Assembly: GCA_047495785.1 (NCBI GenBank)
Contig: JBLDXI010000043.1
Location: forward strand, 1-64,000
DNA: 64,000 nt
Direction of reading: 5' to 3'
From: Lepidodermella squamata
Lineage: Eukaryota > Animalia > Gastrotricha
Shown in pieces: positions 46,184 to 58,535 of this stretch (the first letter of the stretch is position 1; each line of letters begins with the position of its first letter). A model generated the notes under the pieces. The model worked only from the letters and a program-made list of their open reading frames with translations. It did not search any database and was not told the origin of the DNA. The translations under genes and the position numbers were made by a program.

Positions 46184-46524
46184 TAAACTTGAGAGTCAAG
46201 GCGATTGTAGTGCAGTTGCTCGGCATCGTTAGACCGCTTCTTAGATTTGCACCGGAAGCGACGAGAGGCGAAAACAATTGAGGTGACAACAGCCACGAGC
46301 AAGAACAAGGATAGACAAAATATGACTATCTCATATGCCTCCACTGGGCATGGTGCAGTAGAGTTGTTTTGAAGGCTGAAAACTGACGTCGTGGTGTTTT
46401 GAAAAAAAGACTCGGAGTCAGTGGTCTGAGCTGTTGATTGAGTAACTGATTCCGAATCAATGGTATCTACTGAGTCACTGTTAACCCAGCTAAATGGATC
46501 GAAAGGGTTAAACTTGCGGCCCAT
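46183..46524 (-). CDS. Single-pass membrane protein (113 aa), Ser/Thr-rich ectodomain
   Basis: S/T-rich N-term with NxT/S sequons, TM helix, basic stop-transfer. Confidence 0.65.
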   Translation of the reverse strand: MGRKFNPFDPFSWVNSDSVDTIDSESVTQSTAQTTDSESFFQNTTTSVFSLQNNSTAPCPVEAYEIVIFCLSLFLLVAVVTSIVFASRRFRCKSKKRSNDAEQLHYNRLDSQV

Positions 46525-46810
46525 AATGAAGGACTGAAAACTGTAAACTGAAAGAACAGTGTAAAATACAGTAGTGCAGAGCTAAACCAGGTTTAAATTC
46601 AAATGAAACGGGAGCCAACGGTTCCGCAACGGTGCCGCATTGTCTTTATTGTCTTTTGTCTGCTAATGAGTTTTTAATGTTGCTAACGACTCATTTTAAA
46701 TTTTATTCTTGAACAATATCAAAAATTAATATAAAAAATAGTGAGATAAATTTATTTATATTATTTTATTTTAACAATTAATGTAAAATAATATGGCCGC
46801 CGCAGGCGAA

Positions 46811-46892
46811 TGTGTCGAGTGGTGTCGAGTGGTGTCGAATGGTGTCGAGTGGTGTCGAATGGTGTCGAGTGGGTGTCGAATGGGTGTCGAGT
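46811..46892. repeat. Eight ~10-bp subterminal repeats GGTGTCGART
   Basis: Seen directly; unit equals inner part of the element's TIR. Confidence 0.95.
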
Positions 46893-47588
46893 GAGTTACC
46901 ATGTAGTATTCTAAACTAACTTACCGGTGGAGCTATCCACCTTATCAGAAATATGTTGATCGTATGAAATTTCATGGTTATTGAGACACAAAACACAAAG
47001 CGTAAACCGATATTTGAACCGCAGGCCTACACATTGCCGAAGAAAAATCTCACGTTGCATCGATCAATCTCAAAAGATTAGAAAAATCAGAAGAAATTGC
47101 TCATAATCAAGTTCAGGACTCATTTTTTGCATGATTGCAGCATTGCATGATCGAAAGTATAAGTTGAATATAGCGTATAGCGGGGTGGGCGGTGGGCGGC
47201 AGAACGAGAATCGCCAAGAATATAATCTAATGGCGAAAACATTCAAGAAACTTCTTGAATCTTTGCCAAGTCAGTCGCGTAACTAGAGCATCCGTTTTTT
47301 ATGCTCATCCTTCCGCTATCTGATCACTACGTATCGCCTTACAGACGAGACTTAGGAATTTGTGGGCTTCCGTTTTCAAGCCAAATCGTGCTCCTCAAAT
47401 TCTAATTGAGCGCGGATAGACGTCGTTATGCCAAATTAGTTTCCAGCAAAGTGACGGAAAACAGACGTTTGCAATTTAATCTGAAAGAAAGTTACGAGCT
47501 TAGTAATCGTCAACATTTTTTCATTTTAGAAATTCTGAATAATTGATCAACGTATCGGCGCTACACAATCAACTCAAACAAGGCTGAT

Positions 47589-47971
47589 ATGCGGTTTCAC
47601 AGAGTAATTATTGTAGTCCTATTACTTTCCTGTATAATCCAAACTGCTCGGAATGAAGGGTCGAAAAAACTGAAACAAGCCACGAAAGGTTTGTTTTTCA
47701 AGAAGTAGTAAATATCAACTTATTTTCTCTATTTGAAGGAAGCCTCAAACATCAGCTTTTGGCTCTGTTGGGTAAGTCACCAGACTTCTGGCAAAAGCTG
47801 CCGCGAAACCTTCGAATTCGGGCACTGAAGAGGCTTCGCATGGAACATTGCATAGCTGTTCTACAGTCTCGAGATATCTGCCGTAATGAAGGTTCTTTCT
47901 ACGTGTGGGCACGATCTAAGGCAAAGGAAATTATGGCCGGCAAGCACGATAAAGACATCATGTCTCACTAA
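47589..47971 (+). CDS. Secreted cationic helical protein family, copy 3 (intron 47689-47738)
   Basis: Same exon structure and motif. Confidence 0.85.
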
Positions 47972-48858
47972 AGCTAGTTTAGATAATATTCAACTTCTAT
48001 TTTAACAGTTTTCACTTACGCTGTCAGTTATAATTTGGTCAGTTATAAGCGCGCCCATCAACGCTATGCCCACGCCTTTGTCTTGATATATCATTAATAT
48101 AGATATATATTATTTGATGTACTATAGTTGAATTGTTGAATTATTAAATTTTTATATGGAAGGCAAAGGAAAATGCAAGGAAAAAGTTTCGTTTCGTTCG
48201 CCATTTTTGTCTTTTAATAATCATACTGTTTAATTGCAGATTTCTCAGGATTTTTAAGAATGTGCTTCAATGTCTATCAGTCAAGCTTGCTTTCGCAGTT
48301 CTCTAATTATCAGTGCCCTGTGGGGCCAACGAAACTTGGGCACTCTATTTTTCACGAGTTGATAACTTTCCGATTCAATTATTTCAATTTCAGCCCAATT
48401 CAATTCTTAACAGCACAGTCAAACTTCTTGCTAGGAGTGTTTCAAATCAGACTCCAGACTGCAGTTTACAGTCCAAAATCAATCGATCGAAAAGCAATAG
48501 TCCTCATCAAATATTCATTTACATACTTATAATAGAAGCGGATGTTTCCAGGATACAAGAGATTTCGTGCAATAAGTTTGCGCATCAATCGATCGACAAA
48601 AATTAGGCCTTATCAACCATTCATTTACACGAAAGTGGATGTGAATTTTCGTCGCAAATAGTGATGCTATCGATGACTTTTTCGGTTCCTGTTTCGGTTG
48701 CATCGGTTTTTGCCTGATCAAGCTTTATATGAATATGTGTTGCCTCTGTTAGTCTGAGATTCGAAAGACCTCAATCTAACACAATTTTGCGAATGCTTTA
48801 TTTGTATTTATCAAAGCTTTTTAAATATAGAATGCTAGACAATATCAAAAGCTGAATA

Positions 48859-49260
48859 CCGTACTGCCCGAAAATAATGTCAGCCTTCAGTCGAATAAAT
48901 GGCAGCCTCAAATAAATGTCAGCGGTTAGAGGTCGTTCGAAATAATAAATTTCAGGCCCGAAATAAATGGCAGGTCAACGGCGGGGACAGTACTGAAGAT
49001 CACTAATGTGATCATTATAGCCATTCTGAATGGAAATAATTTCTACTCTTGGCACATAGAAAGGTCAGGTACCAATTTTTTGGGTCAAAACACGTAGAAT
49101 CTCAGGAAAATGTATGCCATTTTGGTACCTAGGCAAGTTACTAGTTGGTTCGAATAAATAAATGTCAGGCCCGAAATAAATGTCAGTCCCTTTTAAATGT
49201 CAGGGGTTCATCAACGTTTGAAAAAAACAAATGTCATGGTTTTTGTTCCGGGCAGTACAG
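48859..49260. mobile_element. Tc1/mariner-like MITE (TA flanks)
   Basis: TA-CCGTACTGCCCG / CGGGCAGTACAG-TA; internal AATAAATGTCAG repeats. Confidence 0.6.
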
Positions 49261-49354
49261 TAGTTCATATTGAGTAAGTGAATGCTTGGTGCATCCTGCA
49301 TCCTAGGTCTACATTTTATGGCGATGACAAATTTTAACACTTCTTCACTACTTA

Positions 49355-49847
49355 CAGTAGAAAATGGATATAGTGGACGCTCTCCGTGCCATCGAGTTTG
49401 TCCATAGCGATTTCGCACTATATAGTGAAATGTTGCTGGACTCAGCGGATTAGCATAACTTTTGTCTACTTGCCAGAATGTCATAGGTAGGAAAGCTGAG
49501 GTTTGAGGACGAAATGCCATTTTTACCCTCAAGTGAAAGACCCTACCACGGTCAAAAAGCTTGTCATGAAAGTGAAAATTCGTGATTTCTTACTAAAAAT
49601 TCATGCAAATTTGTCAGCCCGTTTGAGAAAATGCTCGAATGTCCACTGTATCGCAAATAAAATAAGTGCGCTTAATAGGACATGCGTCCTCATTTTTCGT
49701 CCACTATGTCGATTTTCCACTATATGTGTTGTCAATTATTGTAGAGCAATTATTGTAGAGCAAGGTCTTTTTAAGCCTCGGTCACTCGAATTTGTCCACT
49801 AAAGCGAAAGACTAATAAGCGGTAACCACTCTAACGATTTTCTACTG
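49355..49847. mobile_element. Tc1/mariner/pogo-like MITE (TA flanks)
   Basis: TA-CAGTAGAAAAT / ATTTTCTACTG-TA. Confidence 0.65.
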
Positions 49848-49921
49848 TATATCGAAAAATGGTCACTTGTCTATGGCTATGATGGCTATGATTTGAGATT
49901 ACCGCCTCAAATGACGCTGAT

Positions 49922-51290
49922 ATGTATGACAAAGTCCGATTGTTCCTACTTCATAGAAGGAATTTTCCTAATGCCGATATGCTGCTGTTCGAGTTTGTCA
50001 AGGGCGAAAACGGTCAAAAGCATAAATCAGTTCATCGGCAGCTGCTTCGTGATATCCTTGAGAGTTTGAGTTGCGATGAGCTGTTAGACATTTGCTGCGT
50101 CTATGAGCGAGGCGAAATCTTTCATCCGTGTCCTCTATGGCTTGGAATGGGAAGACGATTTCAGTCGCCCAAAATGCGATGAGCTCGAAGCGTTCGGAAC
50201 GCATTATTCCTATCGCGTGATTGCTTGGATACTTGCACGACTGCACGGAAAACAAGATCACAGCCAAAATTACATCGGTTTTAAAACGAGACTTAGCAGC
50301 AGGAATACGCCATTTCAATCCAACAGAGACAAGCGCAGCTATAGAACTGGCGGCGATACAGGGAGACTTGGATCTATTAGCTTTCATAGTTGAAAAATCA
50401 CTTGGTACCGTTTCTGCTGCAAGCAACTACGGCGAAGCCCTGCTGTTGAATGCGCTGCGAATTGGCAAATCGATGTTGTTCGATTCCTGGCTGAGAAAGC
50501 ACCAGCCATAGTTTCTAGTGATGATAACAACGGAACAACTTGCAATTTGCATAGCCACTGCAAATGGCCACATGGAAATTGTTCAGTTTTTGGCCGCGGA
50601 AGCACCAGCAACCGTATCTACGTCAGATAATGACGAAATAACACCGCTTTGGAACGCCGCTGCCAACGGCCACATCGGCGTTGTTCGGTTCCTGGTTGAG
50701 AAAGTACCAGCAACGGCCTCTACGGCTGATTTCAACGGAGCAACCCCGCTTAGCATAGCCGCTGGAAACGGTCACATTGACATTGTTAGGTTCTTAGCAA
50801 AGGAAGCACCCGCTGATGTTTCTACGGCTGATGACTACGGCATAACCCCTTTTATCCTTAGCCGCTGTTAATGGACACATTGACGTTGTTCGATTCCTGG
50901 CTGAGAAAGCACCAGCCACGGTTTACACGGCTGATAACTATGGCAAAACTCCGTTATGGAATGCCGCTAGGTCCGGACACTTCCAAATTGTCAGGTTCTT
51001 GGCAAAGGAAGCACCAGCAACTGTCTTAACGCCTGATGACGACGAAACAACACCGCTTTGGAATGCCGCTGCGAATGGCCACATTGACGTTGTTCAATTC
51101 CTAGCTGAGAAAGCACCAGCTGATGTTTCTGTTGCAGGGCGGTACAACTACGCTTAGCGCGGCCGCTGCAAATGGCCACATCGACGTTGTTCGGTTCTTG
51201 TTCTTATTCAGTTCTTATTCGGTTCCTAACTTCCAAAGCTCCAGCAACCGTTACTACTTACTACGGTTGATAATTACGGCGCAACTGATG
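49922..51290 (+). pseudogene. Ankyrin-repeat gene, multiply frameshifted
   Basis: Several ~34-aa repeats TPLWNAAANGHIxVVRFLAEKAPA spread over different frames. Confidence 0.8.
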
Positions 51291-52508
51291 TGTAGAACAT
51301 CGAGGTGCACAAGAGAAATGTTCCCGCAATTTTCGGACTATCGACTATATGTAATTCCACTGATTCCATACTTAAAGTATGGAATCAGTGTATCTCAATT
51401 TATTATTCTTGCTATTCTATTATAATTACATAGAGAATTCGAAGCTTCCAAGAATTTTGCATATTGAGTTTTACAAGTATCTAAACCACTAAACGGCGAA
51501 GGTCCTCAATATGGCTAATTGTCTATTTTCCTTCATATGCTTAGTGTCATTATATTGAGAATAAAAACTACGCGCTTCAATTTTCTGAACGTTCTGAATG
51601 CGTGAAAATTTCCGATATTAGAAGAAAATGAAATAATAAAAATCAATTCTGAGCGCCGAATTTTCCGACTACCTTGGACGGTATTTTTCAAGGCAAGTTT
51701 TGATTTTTCTAAGGCCATATTATATTTCTTTCCCATGTTTGTATAGAGCAAATTTTGCTCTAGATCGTTTCCCCCGTTTCTAGTATCGCCTTATAGATGC
51801 GATGGTGGTAGCAGCAACGGTAGCAGCAACGGGCACGCCATTTTGCTATTCGACATTGTGCTATTTTTAAACCAATAATTAATAATTAATGATTAGCTGC
51901 TCTCTTGTCGAAAATTGTTACAATTAGGTAAATTGTCCAAGCTCTCAATTCGTTAAAAAGGCATTTAAAAATAGAAATGCTCATATTACTCTGGCTACTA
52001 GTTTTAACAATACGCTCTATAAAAAGATTATTTTTAATGGAAAAGGCTAAACATGTCGGCGTGAATCGACAAGGTGTCAGTTGTGTCTGTACATGGAAGA
52101 AGGTTTGTCCACCCAAGTTAGAACTCATTTGCACGTTGAACACAGCCATTAGATATGACCCGAAACTTCACGAAAAAACACATGGGAAGTCATCTTCGAC
52201 TTTATAGTTCATAAGCAATTGTCCGTTGCAAATTGAGCCAAATTAACGCTTTTCGCCGATAGTATGTATGTATGTGGATTCCTTAGATTGGGAACGGAGG
52301 GTTTTTCCAGACATCCTGTCCATTGTCTAGAAGGCAGTTTACTCTGCATAGTAACTAGCTTGAGCGGAACAAATATTGCCATCGCAAATTAGCGGGGCTC
52401 CACACCATGACACTTTTTAACGCCCATTCAAAACGTTTGCTTTTGGAATTCCGATAAACTATTCTGATAAACTGTGAAGCTTAAATAAAACCTTTAAATC
52501 AAGCTGTT

Positions 52509-53050
52509 ATGCAACTTCGTGAAGTGGTAATTTTGGTCTTGTTATCATCTACAATCATTCTAGCGACTCAGACAGAAAACTCGAGAAAATGGACGAAGTT
52601 CCTGAAAGGTTTGTCCTTCTTTTTTTTGTTCATAATTCCATTCTGAAGATTTTGAAAGTTCAAAATTGTAGAAGCTATTTCCATGTTTCAAAAATCACAA
52701 GTTATATGACTTCAACTTCAACGGACTAAAAATTTCTCCGCAGACATGAATTTTATGACCAGGCAAACGTTGAATCATCAACGAGCTAAAATCTTTAAAA
52801 TCTTATTCTGCTAACAGGAGGCCTCAAAAAGCAGCTCAAAGCTTTGCTGGGTAGGGTTCCAGACTTCTGGCGAAACCTGCCGCCGACAGTTCGCGACCGG
52901 CTGCTTCAGAAGCTTCGGATGGACCACTGCATTGCTGTACTGCACTCTCGAGACGTCTGTCGCGATGAAGGAACTTTCTACATCTGGGCGAGAGCATTTG
53001 CCAAGGAAATCATGGCCGGGAAGCACGATAAAGATGTTCTGTCTCGCTAA
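52509..53050 (+). CDS. Secreted cationic helical protein family, copy 4
   Basis: Close paralog of copy 2 including flanks. Confidence 0.85.
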
Positions 53051-54706
53051 TTCTGCTCTAGAAAAAACCAAGTTACCCCAGGGTCCGACGTCATACCAAA
53101 AATACTGAAAATCTTCGATAGTATGATGAGAGGTGGTATTCCACCTGGAGATTAGTCACTTCATTGTTTTATCGACGAAATTATTGTATTATTGGCGTAC
53201 CGGCAGTGTCATTCTGTCGTTTTCGCAAAGCGAGTAAAATTTCACCTCGACGTTTGGATTATTTAGTTCTTTTCGTTTATTGCCTTAAGATACATTAACT
53301 TAATTTACAGCTTTAATTACATTGTCTGCATGCAGTTCCGGCGTCTACTTACGTGCACCGATAAATTAGCACAATAAAACGTTTATGCACAAAGATGATC
53401 CCAACAAGGGCCGAAAGATGTTTCCCTCAAGATAATCTGAAGTGATACGTGGGGCCAGTCTTATATTTCTTTAAAAGTACAAATAAAAATGGAGCCGCGA
53501 GTCGCAGTTCGAGTCACGACAAGTTCTTATTCTCGAAAAATGGAGGCCTACATTAGAGCGCCATGAGTAGTTAAGGGATGGATGCAAACGGTTTTTCACA
53601 CGGTGGTCATAGTCAGTATGTTGACAAATGAATTATAAAAAGACAATGAAATGTCGTCCATCTGGCTAGATCGAGCAAAACCTGATCGCGAGGAGACCCT
53701 GAATGATAGCTTGATAGAAGTTGATAGCACGAACGATGGCACACCCAGTCTCCTCTCACCTTTCACCAGTCGTAACGATTGAGCTATTTAGTAGCCACGA
53801 CGAGGAAGGTTATAGGTATGGCGACAGTAAATAAACTGAATGGCGTTTTTAGCAACATAATGATTATCGAGCAATCAAATCCGCAACAATGTGCGCCCTC
53901 AAAATGGCATTTATTGGAACTTCGATTTCAATTGATTTGTAAAATTAGAATAAAATGCATTAAAGCTTAAGGATTCACTTTCAGCATAGCATTATCAAAT
54001 AAGTCTCGGGCTGGGCGGCAGAACAACTTACAATAGAAACACATGCCGTCACTCTCAACTTATTGAATCTTCGCCAAGTCAGTCGCGTAACTACAACGCC
54101 AGTTTTTCCTGTGTATCTATTGCATTGGCCATCTGTTTCTCCTAGCTACATAATATTCATTACAGCTAAGCAAAAGCTAAGTTTAGGGAGAATGATGTAA
54201 AGAAGATTCGATATCTCCTCGAAAATCACCCAAAATAATTTTTGGCCGAGATAAGTGGTCATTATCAAGAGAAAGGGATCACCAGTTGACAGAAAATTCT
54301 AGCAGGGCGATCGCCATTGTTGAAAAGCACAAAATTACCATGTAAAATAGGACATGGTTTCGAAAGAAATGCGCACGCACAAGGAAAACGTGTCAGAAAA
54401 ACGTGGATGCGTACTCGGATAACTGCTTTCTCTATGGCTTCCCTTTCTAGATGAGACTTGAGAACTCGTTGAATTGCAACAAAAGAAATCGTACTCCTAC
54501 TTCCTTATAAGCGCGGATAGACGTAGTTAGTAGTTACCTAATTATTTGTCAGTGCAAATAGTGACGGAAAACAGACAATTGCAATTCAATTTTAAAGTAG
54601 GTTACGTGCATGAGCTGCTGCTCTAAATTGTCTAGATTTCATTTTAGAAATTCCGAATAATTGATCAACTTTTCAGAGCTTCAAAATCAGCTCAAAGAAG
54701 GCTAAT

Positions 54707-55101
54707 ATGCTGTTTCACAAAGTGGTTTTAGTAGTCCTGTTGATTTTCTGTATAATCGTAACGGCTCGCAATGAAGGGTCGAAGAAACTCAAGCATGTCA
54801 TGAAAGGTTTCCCTTTGATTAATAAAAGTAGTAAATATATCCATATTTAACTGTTTTTCTATTCAAAGGAAGCCTTAAACGGCAGCTGTTAGTCCTTTTG
54901 GGAAGATCGCCAGACGTCTGGCAAAAGCTGCTGCGAAAACTTCGAATTCGGATCCTGAAAAAGCTGCGAATGGAACATTGCATCACTGTTCTACAGTCTC
55001 GTGAATTCTGTCGAGATGAAGGTTCTTTCTACGTCTGGGCGAGAGCCATTGCGAAGGAAATTATGGCCGGCAAGCACGATAAAGACATTCTCTCTCGCTG
55101 A
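54707..55101 (+). CDS. Secreted cationic helical protein family, copy 5
   Basis: Close paralog of copy 3. Confidence 0.85.
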
Positions 55102-55477
55102 ATTGGAAAGCAAAACTTTGAGGGCTGACTATTTCTCTTTAATGACGACTTTGATCTCTCATCTTCAAATTTCTGAGTTTTGTAGATCCACAAACCTCAA
55201 AGGTCGGAAAACTCTTAAGTAACATTCTTTTACTTCTGAATGTTCGAACCCCTTAGTCTTATGAAGCAACCATTGCACTCTAATCTCTAATCAGGATTTG
55301 TAGAATTAAACACGAGATCATAGGTAATCGATTTGAGGAGGCGGTTGTTCCTTCATTTGCTTTCCGATCATCATTTCTGCAATTAGCACTTTAAATGCCA
55401 AAAATAGACTGCGAGGTCCGATATTTGGGTCTAATTCCTGGGTCTGTCAAAAAGTCTTTTATTTCGGGTCAACGATG

Positions 55478-55800
55478 CGTCGAGGGGCAAAATGCCTGAC
55501 GGCAAAGTGTAGGCCATGACCTGGCGGTTCTTTTGACACCGAATTCGGGGCCAAAGACTTCAAGGAACGCACAGAAATCAAACTTGAAAAACAGTGAAAT
55601 TTCGATTGTTGCGCCATAATCTGGGTCTAATAATTAGGTCCAATTCTTGGGTCTGATTTTTGGCTCTAATCCAAAATTTTCGACGTTATTTCACTGTCAT
55701 TTTCAATGACCTGCTCAGACCTTGTGGCCCCGAATTCGGTGTCAAAAGAACCGCCAGGTCATGGCCTACACTTTGCCGTCAGGCATTTTGCCCCTCGACG
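55478..55800. mobile_element. MITE with perfect ~76-bp TIRs
   Basis: CGTCGAGGGGCAAAATGCC... / ...GGCATTTTGCCCCTCGACG. Confidence 0.85.
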
Positions 55801-56644
55801 GAACAGTTCTTGCTTTGACGGAACAGTCACTCGTCGCTCTGCTTAACTGAAAAATATTGAAAGCGATATATTCGGTCACTCGACCGGTTCATCCTGCCTG
55901 GGAGCACATTGCCAATCAAGTAGCAGGGAGACCCGAGCTAAAAAAAATCTCAGTCGAAATTAGCAGGAAAAATCCGGAGTAGGGCCCCTGCTGTTTGGTC
56001 AAAATTAAGTTCATTCAAATTGTCCAGGCCAACAACTTTGTAAACTTTGTGGGGTAAAAATAGATTGCTGCTAATCTCAATTCATTAACGCCATAAGCAG
56101 ACACTACCAATTATCAATCTGGACAAATCTAAGATAAAAAAGTCATAAAACCGCATCATTCGTGTAACCTAGAACACGGACTGTGAACGTGGTTTGTGGT
56201 TTGTCCATGATGTCCCGTACACATTTTTCAGGTCAAGCAGACAAATATCACCTGGCCTCGTAAGGAAGAAGCCGAATGGCTAACTCGAATATTAAAAGAG
56301 CGTAATAAAGCCCACGCGGGTTGGCTAGTTTTGTGATTCATGATGTAATAGGTTGTCAGTGGTAAGATAGTTCTATTTAGAGATGTTCCGAGTCTGTGTT
56401 TAAGCTTATCAAATAAAAAAGAATGATTATTGGAGAGGTTATTTTGACATGTTATCAAAATATCAGGCAGCTGATTTAGGGCTATGAGCGTGAACATTTA
56501 CAAACCGCCAACAGAGACATTGCTAATTAAAGGGGCGGTTAAATACCGTGACGTCTTTAATAGCGTATTTAAAGCGAAACCGGAAACCGCTGTTCCGGAA
56601 ATTTCAAAGTTTTATCAAGTTTTTCAGCTCAAAATAGAGCTGCT

Positions 56645-57086
56645 ATGCCATCTCTCAGATCAGTTATTTTGGTAATGTTGACATCCACTGCAATTCTAGC
56701 GACCCAAACCGAAAGCTCGAGTAAACTACTGAAATTCCTGAAAGGTTGGCTTTTTTAAATTAGAGATTTTCGAATTTGAGCTTGTTTATCATGTCACGTT
56801 CAAAAGGGGCTTTTTAAACGTTTTCCGCTTAACAGGAAGCCTCAAAAAGCAGCTTATTGTTGAGTTGGCACGGGTACCAGGCTATTGGCGAAAGGCATTG
56901 GGACAACTTCGCTTTCGGGTACTTCAAAAGCTGCGAATGGACCACTGCATGGCCTTGCTACAGTCTCGAGAAGTCTGTCGCGATGAAGGCATTTTCTTCG
57001 TTTGGGCGAGGGTCGTTGCGAAGGACATTATGGCCGGCAAACACGATAAATACGTTCTCGCTGATGCTGCCTCAAAGCAAAACTGA
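56645..57086 (+). CDS. Secreted cationic helical protein family, copy 6
   Basis: Same exon structure and motif. Confidence 0.82.
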
Positions 57087-58199
57087 AAACTGAAAATTTG
57101 TGTAGTTGTAGTTATAGATTTCAATCCGTTTTTAGGATCAAAATTATAGCGAACTCTCTATGAAAGGTCAACAACAGTAATTATCCTGTGAAGGCTATCA
57201 ATTGAAATTTCAGGCCACTATTTAGCGGAACCAATCTGTTACATAAGGTTGCAATTTTGAGCAAAAATCAAGTTTACCTAAAAATCGAGGTACGCAGTTA
57301 GCCATTCGGTTTAATCCTGTGACATACTAATATACATTTCGATTACTGCTTGTTTTGAATCACTGCGTGATTCTAGAGCATTGTGAATTCGACTTCTGGA
57401 GCTGTTAAAATATTCTAAATCAGACTTGGGCGAATTAGGCTCTGCACATTTTTGAGCACCTGTACAATTTTCAATGTATCGTATCTCACTGCCGTTTTCG
57501 CTAAGAGATTACCTATTTGCACATTTGAAGTTCCATTTAGTCATTTGAATTGATTTAAAACTTCATAACGTTTCTGTTGCACACCGATACATCAATAAAA
57601 TAAAGTTTTATTGTACCAACATTTTCTGCTTCGCTTTGTCTTTTGCCCAATATCGATCAACAATATTTCTCTAAGAGTAATATATGAGACTGGAAAAGAC
57701 CGATGTTGGATTGATCCTGAGCCTTGAATCTGATTCATTTCGGAGAATCGGCTGAACTCATTGAAGAAAAGCTACTCAGGGCTTTGATGGGATATATTAT
57801 GCCTACAATTAGAAACAGAGATGGCTTAAGTTAGCGAAAATTCTCCGCATGTCATAACTTTCAGTTCAGCTGAATAAGGGCAAAGCAGAGAAGTGCCCGG
57901 CTAATCGCATCAAGACAATATATGAGCTAGCGCTAACGAGAAAAAAGTTATCATAATACGATAATGCAAATATGACAGGCATTGGACGTGATCTAAATCT
58001 GTAATCTGAATCTGATTCAGAATCATCCTTAATTGCATGTCTTATGTCTTATGTGTCTTATGCTTCCACGTAAAATCAACATCATGGCTTGCTGAAGTGC
58101 GTGGCTATATGACATGTGATGTAAGTTACAAAATCATCGTAGCTAAGAAAGGCACGCCGCAAATCCGGAACCATTTCACGGAGCTACCGATCAAAACAA

Positions 58200-58420
58200 C
58201 CAGCTCACGCGACTCAGCAAATCGTCATCAGTAGCAACTGGCATTATGGTGTCAAAATTTCCTTGGGATAGCAAGCGAAAGCCTATTGAGCCCTACCACC
58301 GGCTAGTGAAATCGGTAGACACCTGGAATGAGCTCCCACAAACTTGCTTCCCGAAACATGTTGATATCGAACGCTTCAAAAAGAGTGTGGATGCCCTAGG
58401 CAGCACCTCATCACCGTGAT
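58200..58420 (+). mobile_element. Non-LTR retrotransposon 3' remnant
   Basis: WNELPQTCFP..IERFKKSV resembles CR1/L2-type ORF2 C-terminus. Confidence 0.5.
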
Positions 58421-58535
58421 AAACTCAGCCGAATTTTTTGCGTAAATAAAAAAAGTACTTGAATGTAACTACAGGTAACAAATTCTGAAATTACATAAAA
58501 TTAATCTGCCGATCGTGAGCTAATTTTATCATCAA

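Larger units (their letters stand above)
42112..46898 (-). mobile_element. Tyrosine-recombinase element with 16-bp terminal inverted repeats and membrane-protein cargo
   Basis: TAACTCACTCGACACC (42112-42127) / GGTGTCGAGTGAGTTA (46883-46898); absent from paralogous interval ~53520-54010; four co-oriented ORFs. Confidence 0.82.

Noticed and set aside
46811-46892. Telomeric repeat
   Set aside because: 10-bp unit matches the YR element IR, not a telomere motif I recognise
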